64,000 nucleotides of DNA from Candidatus Latescibacterota bacterium (GTDB lineage Bacteria; Latescibacterota; UBA2968; GCA-2709665), in assembly GCA_965219455.1 (NCBI GenBank), contig OZ244744.1, positions 3,744,001 to 3,808,000 of the forward strand, in the 5' to 3' direction. This document shows positions 36,981 to 47,326 of this stretch, in pieces (position 1 is the stretch's first letter; the number at the start of each line of letters is the position of its first letter). Under the pieces are notes generated by a model. It worked only from the letters and a program-made list of their open reading frames with translations, had not been told where the DNA came from and made no database searches. The position numbers were made by a program, and so were the translations under genes.

Positions 36981-39900
36981 ATGAAATGGCCAATTACGAA
37001 TCGGCAATTCGTCTTGATGTCACTGGTTGTCGTCTTGATGGCATTTGCCATGCCGGGTTTGGGTTACGCCCAGGGAAACAGCCCGTCGGTGACGGCTTCG
37101 ACAGCGTCGCCGTTAACGGAAGGGTCGCTGGATGGCAGCGTGGTAACGCTGACGCTATCGGGCGGCGCCTACGCGAGTTCCATCTTCGACGTTCGGCGAG
37201 GTGTGTCGGTATCGGGCATTCCGGGCGTGAGCGTGGGTACGTTCGGGATAACCCGCGTTAACGATACGAAATTGACGATAGAACTGGACTTCAACGGTGA
37301 CTTCGACGAAGACGAGACGTTGACGTTCACGGTGGGCGCGGGGGCCATAGCGAACTACAGCGGCGCGGCCCTGACCGCGGAGTTGTCGGTCAGCGCGGCT
37401 ATAGAATCGGTGACTGCGTCAACAACCTCCCCGTTGACCGAGGCAACGCTTGACGGGAGCGTGGTGACGTTGACGCTGGCCGGACGCGCTTACGCGAGTT
37501 CCATCTTCGACGTTCGTGACGGGGTGTCGGTATCGGGCATTGCGGGCGTGAGCGTGGGTACGTTCGGCGTAACGCGCTTGAGCGACACCAAGGTGACGGT
37601 TGAACTCGACTTCAACGGAGATATCGACAGTGACGGAACGTTGACGTTTACCGTCGGCGCCGACGCGATCGCGGACTACAACGGCGCAGCCCTGACCGCG
37701 GAGTTGTCGGTCAGCGCGGGTATGGAATCGGTGACGGCGTCGACGACGTCGCCGTTGACGGAGTCGACGCTGCATGGCAGCGTGGTGACGCTGACGCTTT
37801 CTGGCGGCAGGTACGCGAGTTCCATCTTCGACGTCCGGGATGGGGTGTCGGTATCGGGCATTGCGGGCGTGAGCGTGGGTACGTTCGGCGTGCAGCGCGT
37901 GAGCGATACGAAGGTGACGGTTGAGCTCGACTTCAACGGCGATATCGACTCGAACGGTACGCTGACGTTCACGGTAGGCGCCGACGCGATCGCGAACTAC
38001 AGCGGCCCCGCGCTCACGGACCAACTGCCTGTCACGGCGAGCATGGAATCGGTGACGGCGACGACGGCGTCACCGTTGACGGAAGGGACGCTGAACGGGA
38101 GCGTGGTGACGTTGACGCTTTCTGGCGGCAGGTACGCAAGTTCCATCTTCGACGTCCGTGACGGGGTGTCGGTATCGGGCGTTGCGGGCGTGAGCGTGGG
38201 TACGTTCGGCGTAACGCGCTTGAGCGATACGAAGGTGAGGGTTGAACTGACGTTCAACGGCGATATCGACTCGAACGGCACGCTGACGTTCACGGTAGGC
38301 GCCGACGCGATCGCGAACTACAGCGGCCCCGCGCTCACGGACCAACTGCCTGTCACGGCGAGCATGGAATCGGTGACGGCGACGACGGTGTCACCGTTGA
38401 CGGAAGGGACGCTGAACGGGAGCGTGGTGACGTTGACGCTGTCGGGCGCCAGATACGCGAGTTCCATCTTCGACGTCCGTGACGGGGTGTCGGTATCGGG
38501 CGTTGCGGGCGTGAGCGTGGGTACGTTCGGCGTAACGCGCTTGAGCGATACGAAGGTGAGGGTTGAACTGACGTTCAACGGCGATATCGACTCGAACGGC
38601 ACGCTGACGTTCACGGTAGGCGCCGACGCGCTCGCGAACTACAGCGGCCCCGCGCTCACGGACCAACTGCCTGTCACGGCGAGCATGGAATCGGTGACGG
38701 CGACGACGGTGTCACCGTTGACGGAAGGGACGCTGAATGGGAGCGTGGTGACGTTGACGCTTTCTGGCGGCAGGTACGCGAGTTCCATCTTCGACGTCCG
38801 TGACGGGGTGTCGGTATCGGGCGTTGCGGGCGTGAGCGTGGGCACGTTCGGCGTGCGGCGCGTGAGCGATACGAAGGTGACGGTTGAACTGACGTTCAAC
38901 GGCGATATCGACTCGAACGGCACGCTGACGTTCACGGTAGGCGCCGACGCGCTCGCGAACTACAGCGGCCCCGCGCTCACGGACCAACTGCCTGTCACGG
39001 CGAGCATGGAATCGGTGACGGCGACGACGGTGTCACCGTTGACGGAAGGGACGCTGGACGGGAGCGTGGTGACGTTGACGCTGTCGGGCGCCAGATACGC
39101 GAGTTCCATCTTCGACGTCCGTGACGGGGTGTCGGTATCGGGCGTTGCGGGCGTGAGCGTGGGCACGTTCGGCGTGCAGCGCGTGAGCGATACGAAGGTG
39201 ACGGTTGAGCTCGACTTCAACGGCGATATCGACTCGAACGGTACGCTGACGTTTACGGTAGGCGCCGACGCGCTCGCGAACTACAGCGGCCCCGCGCTCA
39301 CGGACCAACTGCCTGTCACGGCGAGCATGGAATCGGTGACGGCGACGACGACGTCGCCGTTGACGGAAGGGACGCTGGACGGGAGCGTGGTGACGTTAAC
39401 GCTGTCGGGCGCCAAATACGCGAGGTCTACGTTCGACGTCCGTGACGGGGTGTCGGTATCGGGCGTTGCGGGCGTGAGCGTGGGCACGTTCGGCGTGCAG
39501 CGCGTGAGCGATACGAAGGTGACGGTTGAACTGACGTTCAACGGCGATATCGACTCGAACGGCACGCTGACGTTCACGGTAGGCGCCGACGCGCTCGCGA
39601 ACTACAGCGGCCCCGCGCTCACGGACCAGGTGTCTGTAACTGCGCTGGAGGAAACGGTTGTTGCGACAACGCCGCAGTCGTTGACGGAGGCAACGTTGAA
39701 CGGGAGCGTGGTGACGTTGACGCTTTCCGGTCGTTCGTACGCGAGTTCCATCTTCGACGTTCGGAGAGCCGTGACCGTCTCAGGAATCATGGGCGTAAGC
39801 GTGGGGACATTCGGGATCCAGCGCGCCAGCGACACAAAAGTGACGGTAACGCTCACGTACAACGGTGACATCGACGCGGACGGCACGTTGACGTTCACCG

Positions 39901-42900
39901 TGGGCGCTGGTGCGATCTCGAATTACAGCGGCGCCGCGCTGACGGCGCAGTTGCCGGTGAGCGCGGGGATGGAGTCGGTGACGGCGACGACGGTGTCACC
40001 GTTGACGGAAGCGACGTTGAACGGGAGCGTGGTGACGCTGACGTTGACTGGCGGTGCGTACGAGAGTTCCATTCACGTCGTGCGGCGCGGCGTGTCGGTA
40101 TCGGGTATAACGGGCGTGAGCGTTGGCACGTTCGGCATTCAACGCGTGAGCGACACGAAGGTAACGGTCGAGCTCACGTTCAACGGCGATATCGACGCGG
40201 ACGGTACGCTGACGTTCACCGTGGGCGCGGGGGCAATCGCGAGCTACAGCGGCGCCGCGCTGACGGCGCAGTTGCCGGTGAGCGCGGGGATGGAGTCGGT
40301 GACGGCGACGACGGTGTCACCGTTGACGGAAGCGACGTTGAACGGGAGCGTGGTGACATTGACGCTTTCTGGCGGTGCGTACGAGAGTTCCATTCACGTC
40401 GTGCGGCGAGGCGTGTCGGTATCGGGGATTACGGACGTGAGCGTGGAGTGGAACGGCGTGGACCGTATAAGCGATACGAAGGTAACGGTCGAACTGTCGT
40501 TTAGCGGCGATATCGACGCGGACGGTTCGCTGACGTTCACCGTGGGCGCGGGGGCAATCGCAAATTACAGCGGCCCCTCGTTGACCGACCACGTGTCTGT
40601 AACAGCGCTTGAGGAAACCGTTATTGCCACAGTGCCACAGTTATTGACGGAAGCGACGTTGAACGGGAGCGTGGTGACATTGACGCTTTCTGGATGCGCA
40701 TACGTGTCTTCCACTCACGACGTGCGTGACGGGGTGTCGGTATCGGGGATTGCGGGCGTGAGCGTTGGCGAGCAGAACGTGGACCGTATAAGCGATACGA
40801 AGGTAACGGTCGAGCTGTCGTTTAGCGGCAACATCGACAACGACGGCAGGTTGACGTTCACGGTGGGCGCCGGGGCGATCGCGAACTACAGCGGCGAACC
40901 ACTCGTTGCGTCATTGCCCGTGACCGCCGAGGCCGGCGGCGGAACCAATCAGGTACCCACGTTCAGTGCCGGCTCACACGCCACGCGCAGCTTCGCCGAA
41001 AACACGGGCGCTGGACAGAACATAGGCAGCCCGGTGGGTGCGACGGATAGCGACGGCGGAACACTGACCTACAGCCTTGAGGGCACGAACGCGGCGAGTT
41101 TCACGCTCGTTTCAACCAGCGGTCAGCTACAGACGAAAGCGGGCGTCACCTACGACTACGAGGTGAAGAACCGCTATGAGGTTACGGTGCGGGTGTCCGA
41201 CGGCCAGGGTGGCAGTACCACGATAGACGTGACCGTCAACCTGACCGACGTGAGCGAACCGCAGCCGAATCCGGAGCTCTATTGGACGGACTTGTCCGAA
41301 GACAGGATCCAGCGCGCCGATCTGGACGGCTCGAACGTCGAAGACCTGATCACCAGCGGTTTGGACGGCCCCGTCGGTCTGGCGCTGGACGTTGCCGCCG
41401 GCAAGATGTACTGGACGGAATGGGAAAGAAACAAGATTCGGCGCGCCAACCTGGACGGGTCCGGCGCCGAAGACCTCATCACCAGCGGGCGCGCCCCCGT
41501 CTGGCTGGCGCTGGACGTGCCCGGCGGCAAGATATACTGGACGGACTGGGGTAGGGACAGGATCCGGCGTGCGGACCTGGACGGTTCGAACGTCGAAGAC
41601 CTGGTTACGACGGGTCTGAACAGTCCGGCAGGCCTGGTTCTGGACGTGCCCGGCGGGAAAATGTACTGGACGGACTCGTCCGAGGACAAGATCCAGCGCG
41701 CCAACCTGGACGGTTCGAACGTTGAAGACCTGATTACCAGCGGTCTTGGCAGTCCCAGTGGGCTGGCGCTGGACGTGGCGAGCGGCAAGATGTACTGGAC
41801 GGATCGCGAAAGGGGCGAGATCCGGCGTGCGGACCTGAGTGGCGCCAATATCGAAGACGTTATCACACGTGGTCTGAACAAGCCCTACGAGGTGGACCTG
41901 GATCTGGCCGCGGGCAAGATGTACTGGACCGACCTCGACACCGACAAGATCCAGCGCGCCAACCTGGACGGCTCGAACGTCGAAGACCTCGTCACCCGCG
42001 CCGACGGACTGGAAGATCCATCCGGCCTGGCCCTGGCGGTTGCCGCCGCCCCCACGCCGCCGGCGCCGCAGGGACCGTGCGCAACCGGGAGCGCGGTGCC
42101 GAACCCGGCTGCCAACCCGTGGCTGGTATCCGACTGCAATGCCCTGCTCGATGCCCGGGATACCCTGGCAGGCACGGCGACGCTGAACTGGTCGGAAAAC
42201 ACACTTATATCCACCTGGGACGGCGTTACGCTCAGCGGGACGCCGCAACGCGTAACGAATTTGAGACTTTGGAACGAGAGCTTGAATGGAACGATACCGG
42301 CTGAGTTGAGCCGCCTGACCGGCCTGAAAGCGCTATACCTCGCGTTCAACCAGTTGACAGGGACCATACCGGCGGAGTTGGGCACGATGACCGGCCTGAC
42401 GCACCTGGGCCTGATGAATAACCGGTTGACCGGGCAAATCCCAGCAGAACTGCGAAACCTGACCGACCTGCGGCAGTTTGCCCTTCAGAACAACCAGTTG
42501 ACCGGTACGATCCCCGCGTGGTTGGGTAGCCTGCCCCAATTGCGCATACTGAACCTGCAGGGCAACCGGATGACCGGGCCGATTCCGGCGGAACTCGGTC
42601 GCCTGTCCGAATTGTGGCAGTTGCTCATCTTCGGTAATCAGTTGACCGGTACGATCCCGGCGGAACTTGGTAACCTGAATCTGCTGCAGGAAGTGCGCCT
42701 AGACGATAACCAGCTGACGGGGTCCATACCCTCATCGTTCAGCAGTCTGACAAAGTTGACATTATTGTACCTCGCCGGCAACACCCTGACAGGGTGCATC
42801 CCGGTGGTCCTGCGGGACGTCTCCAGCAACGACCTGGACAAGCTTAATTTGCCAGACTGTACCGGGTCGCAAGGACAGGTCACAGCCGACTTCAACGGCG

Positions 42901-43043
42901 ACGGCATCGTGAACTTCGCCGACTTCTTCGACTTCGTGGACGCATTCGGCACGACGGACGCCAAATTTGACCTCGACGGCAGCGGCACGGTGGACTTCGC
43001 CGATTTCTTCGACTTCGTGGATGCATTCGGGACGTCGGGATAG
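36981..43043 (+). CDS. Secreted 2020-aa adhesin-like protein: 12 x 107-aa repeats, cadherin, YWTD propeller, plant-type LRR, C-terminal dockerin-like
   Basis: Signal peptide; repeat array; ENTGAG..ATDSDG..YDYE cadherin; six YWT repeats; LTGTIPAELG LRRs; DFNGDGIVNFADFF...DLDGSGTVDFADFF. Confidence 0.92.
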   Translation: MKWPITNRQFVLMSLVVVLMAFAMPGLGYAQGNSPSVTASTASPLTEGSLDGSVVTLTLSGGAYASSIFDVRRGVSVSGIPGVSVGTFGITRVNDTKLTIELDFNGDFDEDETLTFTVGAGAIANYSGAALTAELSVSAAIESVTASTTSPLTEATLDGSVVTLTLAGRAYASSIFDVRDGVSVSGIAGVSVGTFGVTRLSDTKVTVELDFNGDIDSDGTLTFTVGADAIADYNGAALTAELSVSAGMESVTASTTSPLTESTLHGSVVTLTLSGGRYASSIFDVRDGVSVSGIAGVSVGTFGVQRVSDTKVTVELDFNGDIDSNGTLTFTVGADAIANYSGPALTDQLPVTASMESVTATTASPLTEGTLNGSVVTLTLSGGRYASSIFDVRDGVSVSGVAGVSVGTFGVTRLSDTKVRVELTFNGDIDSNGTLTFTVGADAIANYSGPALTDQLPVTASMESVTATTVSPLTEGTLNGSVVTLTLSGARYASSIFDVRDGVSVSGVAGVSVGTFGVTRLSDTKVRVELTFNGDIDSNGTLTFTVGADALANYSGPALTDQLPVTASMESVTATTVSPLTEGTLNGSVVTLTLSGGRYASSIFDVRDGVSVSGVAGVSVGTFGVRRVSDTKVTVELTFNGDIDSNGTLTFTVGADALANYSGPALTDQLPVTASMESVTATTVSPLTEGTLDGSVVTLTLSGARYASSIFDVRDGVSVSGVAGVSVGTFGVQRVSDTKVTVELDFNGDIDSNGTLTFTVGADALANYSGPALTDQLPVTASMESVTATTTSPLTEGTLDGSVVTLTLSGAKYARSTFDVRDGVSVSGVAGVSVGTFGVQRVSDTKVTVELTFNGDIDSNGTLTFTVGADALANYSGPALTDQVSVTALEETVVATTPQSLTEATLNGSVVTLTLSGRSYASSIFDVRRAVTVSGIMGVSVGTFGIQRASDTKVTVTLTYNGDIDADGTLTFTVGAGAISNYSGAALTAQLPVSAGMESVTATTVSPLTEATLNGSVVTLTLTGGAYESSIHVVRRGVSVSGITGVSVGTFGIQRVSDTKVTVELTFNGDIDADGTLTFTVGAGAIASYSGAALTAQLPVSAGMESVTATTVSPLTEATLNGSVVTLTLSGGAYESSIHVVRRGVSVSGITDVSVEWNGVDRISDTKVTVELSFSGDIDADGSLTFTVGAGAIANYSGPSLTDHVSVTALEETVIATVPQLLTEATLNGSVVTLTLSGCAYVSSTHDVRDGVSVSGIAGVSVGEQNVDRISDTKVTVELSFSGNIDNDGRLTFTVGAGAIANYSGEPLVASLPVTAEAGGGTNQVPTFSAGSHATRSFAENTGAGQNIGSPVGATDSDGGTLTYSLEGTNAASFTLVSTSGQLQTKAGVTYDYEVKNRYEVTVRVSDGQGGSTTIDVTVNLTDVSEPQPNPELYWTDLSEDRIQRADLDGSNVEDLITSGLDGPVGLALDVAAGKMYWTEWERNKIRRANLDGSGAEDLITSGRAPVWLALDVPGGKIYWTDWGRDRIRRADLDGSNVEDLVTTGLNSPAGLVLDVPGGKMYWTDSSEDKIQRANLDGSNVEDLITSGLGSPSGLALDVASGKMYWTDRERGEIRRADLSGANIEDVITRGLNKPYEVDLDLAAGKMYWTDLDTDKIQRANLDGSNVEDLVTRADGLEDPSGLALAVAAAPTPPAPQGPCATGSAVPNPAANPWLVSDCNALLDARDTLAGTATLNWSENTLISTWDGVTLSGTPQRVTNLRLWNESLNGTIPAELSRLTGLKALYLAFNQLTGTIPAELGTMTGLTHLGLMNNRLTGQIPAELRNLTDLRQFALQNNQLTGTIPAWLGSLPQLRILNLQGNRMTGPIPAELGRLSELWQLLIFGNQLTGTIPAELGNLNLLQEVRLDDNQLTGSIPSSFSSLTKLTLLYLAGNTLTGCIPVVLRDVSSNDLDKLNLPDCTGSQGQVTADFNGDGIVNFADFFDFVDAFGTTDAKFDLDGSGTVDFADFFDFVDAFGTSG
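37086..40928 (+). repeat. 12 x 321-bp tandem repeats
   Basis: Unit SVTATT.SPLTEGTLNGSVVTLTLSG..YASSIFDVRDGVSVSG...ELxFNGDIDSNGTLTFTVGA.A.ANYSG.ALT; period 321 bp. Confidence 0.95.
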
Positions 43044-43159
43044 GCGGGGCCGTTCATGCGATCGGCAGCCGCGGCGCCACGAATCGATGAAGGGATTAAT
43101 GGGACCTGATGACTGTCCGGCCGGCCATACTTAGCGAAATCGAACATCCTGCCGAAGCG

Positions 43160-43228
43160 TGGTCATTGAGCTTGTCGAAATGCCCGCATCACGCAAATCC
43201 TCTGCCAAACCTTCGACAAGCGCAGGGT
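43160..43228. repeat. REP-like inverted repeat element
   Basis: TGAGCTTGTCGAA ... TTCGACAAGCGCA inverted pair; the motif recurs at about 57170 and 61143. Confidence 0.6.
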
Positions 43229-43521
43229 GCGCACCAGGCTGTAGGGGTCCATCGGTGAATGCCGCCGCGTTATGCGGGTTCGGGATGTGCCGCCCGGTAG
43301 GCCATACACACAGACAAGCGCTCGTGAGTATCGTTCGCGAGCAGGAGATGCATCGTCGGGCTGGCGCCCGCCACAGGAAGACAGTGCGAGAGCAGGTGTT
43401 ACAGAGGAATCTCAAGGAAAATTCCGCGTCCGATTCCGGCGTCTTGCAGTTTCGGTTGCGGCTGCGCACGGCATGCAACTGAAGAAACAAGAATTCCGGT
43501 TAATCCAATCAGGAGGAAAAA

Positions 43522-43962
43522 ATGAAGGCATATCTGGTATCGGCAATCGCCGTACTGACCCTGTCGGGCTGCATGGTGGCACAGCACCACCGAAGTTCCG
43601 TGAGGGATGATGAAGGCGACCGGATGACAGTTGGAACCGTCCAGAAGGAAATCAGAGTTGGCATGAGTGGCGCCGACGTCGCGCAGGTTCTGGGATCGCC
43701 GAATATCGTCTCGACAGACGACGAGCGGCGTGAAGTCTGGATTTATGACAAGATCTCGACCGAAAAGGCATACTCGTCCAGCACGGCCGGTATTCCTTCT
43801 CTCATTCTTGTGGGCCTGGTCGATGTTTTGGTAGGAGGTGGCAAGATGATGTCAGGGAAATCCGGAGCCGAATCGACGTCACAGAGAACGCTCACCGTGA
43901 TCATAAAATTCGATGAAAACAAAAAGGTGAGAGACTTCGCATATCACACGTCGCGGTTCTGA
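43522..43962 (+). CDS. Lipoprotein, SmpA/BamE-like fold
   Basis: AGGAGG RBS, lipobox LSGC, IRVGMSGADVAQVLGSPNIV...EVWIYD...LTVIIKFDENKKV. Confidence 0.75.
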   Translation: MKAYLVSAIAVLTLSGCMVAQHHRSSVRDDEGDRMTVGTVQKEIRVGMSGADVAQVLGSPNIVSTDDERREVWIYDKISTEKAYSSSTAGIPSLILVGLVDVLVGGGKMMSGKSGAESTSQRTLTVIIKFDENKKVRDFAYHTSRF

Positions 43963-44024
43963 AACGTACAAACCCTGTATCGAAGCGTCGGTTGTGAAAC
44001 CGCCCAAACAATGGAGGTCACAGG

Positions 44025-44636
44025 ATGATCCTTAAGGGGAATTGTCTCTTTTCACGACTTACCATAATTGTACTCATTTTGACAGGCTGCGCCAGGGGTG
44101 GTCTGCCCGCGCACGTCCTGAAACTGACGCCGGAATCACTGCAAAACCGGGCTTTACAGACAAGAAAATACGACGGGATTTCGGAAGCCGATCTTCTTTC
44201 GGCGTCGACTGGCGTGATTCAGGACCTGGGATTCATCATCGATGAGAGCGAGACAAATCTCGGACTTATCGTTGGCTCAAAAAACAGAGATGCGGATCCT
44301 GACGCAGCGCAGCGTGCAGGACAGGTACTTATCGGGGCGACTACATTCCTGCTTGGTGTGATCGCTGCGGTTGCCTCACGGGACGAAGATGTGTTTGATG
44401 ATATTTTCTATGTTCCCGCTGTTGACGACTATCAGAAGCTGTGGGCTTCCATTGTTATCCGCCCGACGTCGGAAGATAAGGACAAGATACACGTTGTCAG
44501 GGTGACGTTTCAGCGGATTGTCTGGAATACGGACGACGAAATCGCCCGGCTCCAAAGCCTGGATAATCCCGAGATGTATCAGAAGTTCTTCAATCTTCTT
44601 TCAAAATCAGTTCTGTTGGAAGGGCAGGAAATATGA
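44025..44636 (+). CDS. Uncharacterised lipoprotein (QTR/LQDLGF family, paralog 1)
   Basis: Lipobox LTGC; RALQTRKYD, VIQDLGFIIDE, MYQKFFNLLSKSV. Confidence 0.8.
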   Translation: MILKGNCLFSRLTIIVLILTGCARGGLPAHVLKLTPESLQNRALQTRKYDGISEADLLSASTGVIQDLGFIIDESETNLGLIVGSKNRDADPDAAQRAGQVLIGATTFLLGVIAAVASRDEDVFDDIFYVPAVDDYQKLWASIVIRPTSEDKDKIHVVRVTFQRIVWNTDDEIARLQSLDNPEMYQKFFNLLSKSVLLEGQEI

Positions 44637-45082
44637 AAGTATCCTGGAAAATGGCGTTCGCGATTGGCGCATTATTCGCGTATTCCGCGTGCACGTCATC
44701 AAAAGAGCATCTTTTGAAGATGGATGAAAGCCAGGTCAAGCTGAGAAGCATGCAGACCCGTTCATTCGACACCACGGATAAGGAAAGCATGCTCAGAACT
44801 GTAATATCCACGCTTCAGGACCTGGGCTATATCGTGAATGAAGCGAATGAAGTGCTCGGAACGGTTAGCGCACGAACAACTGACATAAAGTATGAGTTGT
44901 TCGAAAAGAAAAAACTCCCTCTTCTGATAACCGTTACGGTTCGTCCAAGGGGCGAAACTCAATTATTGGTACGGGCGAACGCGGAGTTCAATCAGAAAGC
45001 TGTAAAAAACCCATTGGTATATCAGAATTTCTTCAACGTTTTGGAAAAATCGATCTTCCTGACCGCTCACGAGGTTGACTGA
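44633..45082 (+). CDS. Uncharacterised lipoprotein (paralog 2)
   Basis: Lipobox-like YSAC; LRSMQTRSFDTTD, ISTLQDLGY, YQNFFNVLEKSIFLTAHEVD; ATGA overlap. Confidence 0.8.
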   Translation: MKVSWKMAFAIGALFAYSACTSSKEHLLKMDESQVKLRSMQTRSFDTTDKESMLRTVISTLQDLGYIVNEANEVLGTVSARTTDIKYELFEKKKLPLLITVTVRPRGETQLLVRANAEFNQKAVKNPLVYQNFFNVLEKSIFLTAHEVD

Positions 45083-45149
45083 GTGGTCGCTATGTCCGCA
45101 TGGTCCACGCCGTACTGATTCAAACGGAATTTATCCGGGAAACGAAAAT

Positions 45150-45575
45150 ATGGGAATTTCCAGGATAGCGTCGGCCGCAATTATCACGACGATATTTGTC
45201 GGGCTGTCAGGATGTGTAGCTCCCAAAAGGCAATTGATGAAAATGGACACAAGTCAACTTAACCTGCGGAGCATGCAGACCCGTGCATTTGACACCACGG
45301 ACGAAAAAAGGGCGCTCCGGAGTGTAATATCCACACTTCAGGATTTCGACTTCCTTATAGATGAAGCAAATAGAGTCCTTGGACTGGTTAGCGCCACAAG
45401 AAGGACCGATTGGGCGCAAATGACGGTAACGGTACGTCCAAAGGGTGAAACACAGGTCGTGGTGCGCGCGAACTTGGAATACAATCGTAAGGGAGTCGAA
45501 GATCCGTCCGCGTATGTAAAGTTCTTCTCTCATCTGGAAAAATCGATGTTTCTGACCGCTCACGAGGTCGATTGA
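45150..45575 (+). CDS. Uncharacterised lipoprotein (paralog 3)
   Basis: Lipobox LSGC; LRSMQTRAFDTTD, ISTLQDFDF, KSMFLTAHEVD; start at ATG 45150. Confidence 0.8.
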   Translation: MGISRIASAAIITTIFVGLSGCVAPKRQLMKMDTSQLNLRSMQTRAFDTTDEKRALRSVISTLQDFDFLIDEANRVLGLVSATRRTDWAQMTVTVRPKGETQVVVRANLEYNRKGVEDPSAYVKFFSHLEKSMFLTAHEVD

Positions 45576-45632
45576 ACGAACGTGATCGTCCAGCCATAAC
45601 GACACTGTACGAAATGCCGCGGGTATAGAATT

Positions 45633-46064
45633 ATGAGGAATTTTAGGATATTGGCAACATTGATTGTCGCATTCATCGGGTTTTCGGGCGGCGTGACTTT
45701 GTCTCATGCAAAAAAAACGATAAAGTTAGAGCTGGTTGAAAGTCCATTGAAGATCCGAAGCTTGCAAACCCGTGCTTTCGACACTACGGATGAGAACCGG
45801 ACGTTAAGAGCGATAATTGCCACACTTCAGGATTTCGGCTTCGTCATCAAGAAAGCAGATGAAGAACTCGGGACGATCACTGCCAGGAGAATCGACAGAT
45901 ACTCATTGCGTTTGACGGTAACTGTCCGCCGAAAAGGCAAAACGCAAGTGCTGGTGCGTATGAACGCGTATTACGGTCAACCTGTCAGAGATCCCATAAT
46001 TTACCAGAATTTCTTCGCGTCCCTGGCGAATTCCATGTTTCTCACCGCAAACTCGATCGACTGA
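45633..46064 (+). CDS. Uncharacterised secreted protein (paralog 4, no lipobox Cys)
   Basis: Signal peptide; IRSLQTRAFDTTD, IATLQDFGF, YQNFFASLANSMFLTANSID. Confidence 0.8.
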   Translation: MRNFRILATLIVAFIGFSGGVTLSHAKKTIKLELVESPLKIRSLQTRAFDTTDENRTLRAIIATLQDFGFVIKKADEELGTITARRIDRYSLRLTVTVRRKGKTQVLVRMNAYYGQPVRDPIIYQNFFASLANSMFLTANSID

Positions 46065-46231
46065 ATTACCATCTCGCGTGGGACTCATCGACGTCTTCTT
46101 TCCAATTTCCCCGTAGACCCGAATCAAGAAGCGGATTCACGGCGGTTCGTACCGTACCTGGACGTCATCGTCGACGCGGGCTGCAGCATACCCAATTTGC
46201 GGATCGTGTCAGCACAGTCGAGGGGCATTGA

Positions 46232-46950
46232 ATGGAAAACACGATTGGATCGAAGCGCATTGCCCTTCTCGCTCTGCTTTTGAGCGGAGCCTGTGGAAAC
46301 GGTAATAAGGGGGTCGGGCCGAATGAGGCGGACGAGCCGAATCAGGCGCCGAGGGCGGTGGAAAACATCGCCGACGTGGACATGATCCAGGGGGAGGGTG
46401 ACGCTGTGGTGGACGTGTCCCCGTACTTCCGGGACGGGGATGGAGACGAGTTGACGTTCAAAGCGGTGTCTAGTGACACATCGGTAGCGGCTGTTGTGAC
46501 AACCGGTTCGACCGTGACCGTCAAACCCGTATCGTCGGGCAGCGCCGCGGTGACGGTGACGGCCACGGACCCGGGTGGATTGAGCGCCACCCGGCGTTTC
46601 CGGGTGTACGTTGAGGCGCCCGGCCCCCCAATGACCGGACCCTATGAACCGCTGGAATGGATCAGCGTCTCTCCGGGCAGGATCGTGTGGAGGCCCGTCG
46701 CCTCCCTTCCCTTCAGGTGCCTCGGCTGGACGGAGGCAACCGTTAATGGCGTCACGTACAGGATTCACTTTTCTCACTGGCAGAGAAGAGACGGTTCTAC
46801 GCGTCCCTGGACCGACGTCCCGGGCACGAGAAGGGTCCGTCGAATGTGCGGCTACACGCCTACCACATCGGGCGATTACAGACTGGTCATGGAGCTCTCC
46901 ATCGACGGTAAACGGGGACGATACGCGAGTTCAAACGTCATCACCGCGCT
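46232..46950 (+). CDS. Lipoprotein with Ig/cadherin-like domain; no in-frame stop, so the frame runs into the next gene (end approximate)
   Basis: Lipobox-like SGAC; NQAP...VDVSPYFRDGDGDELTFKAVSSD...VTATDPGGLSA; protein-like sequence fades after YASSNVITAL. Confidence 0.65.
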
Positions 46951-46987
46951 ATGTGACCGCGGGGAATGTCGATTTTTCCAGCTTTAT

Positions 46988-47147
46988 CAGTCCGTTGAAG
47001 AAGTCGCTCTGCAGGCGAGGCCGAGTCATTGTGGCCGAAGACAAGGCGCGCGACCGCGTCGAATCGGGGGATTCGGGGAGGGAGTGCAACGCAGTAATTC
47101 GGCCACAAGGGCCGGACGCAGCCCGGATGGACTTTTTCAACGGGCTG
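46988..47147. mobile_element. MITE-like element family A, copy 2
   Basis: Starts CAGTCCGTTGAAGAAGTCGCTCTGCAGGCGA and ends CCGGATGGACTTTTTCAACGGGCTG like 10781-10877, with a longer and different interior. Confidence 0.75.
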
Positions 47148-47326
47148 TTAAGGCTGTGGTGGGTACCGATTCATTCTGCAAAACTGTCGCATTTTGCGAC
47201 AAAGACGCTGCTTCTCGTCACGAGGCAGGTGACATCCTTCCTGCTCATTACGCTGGATTGAGAACGATTGACGCTGCAGGGCCACAAGATCACCCGGCCG
47301 GAACTTGGTTTAAATTGGAGGTAAGA

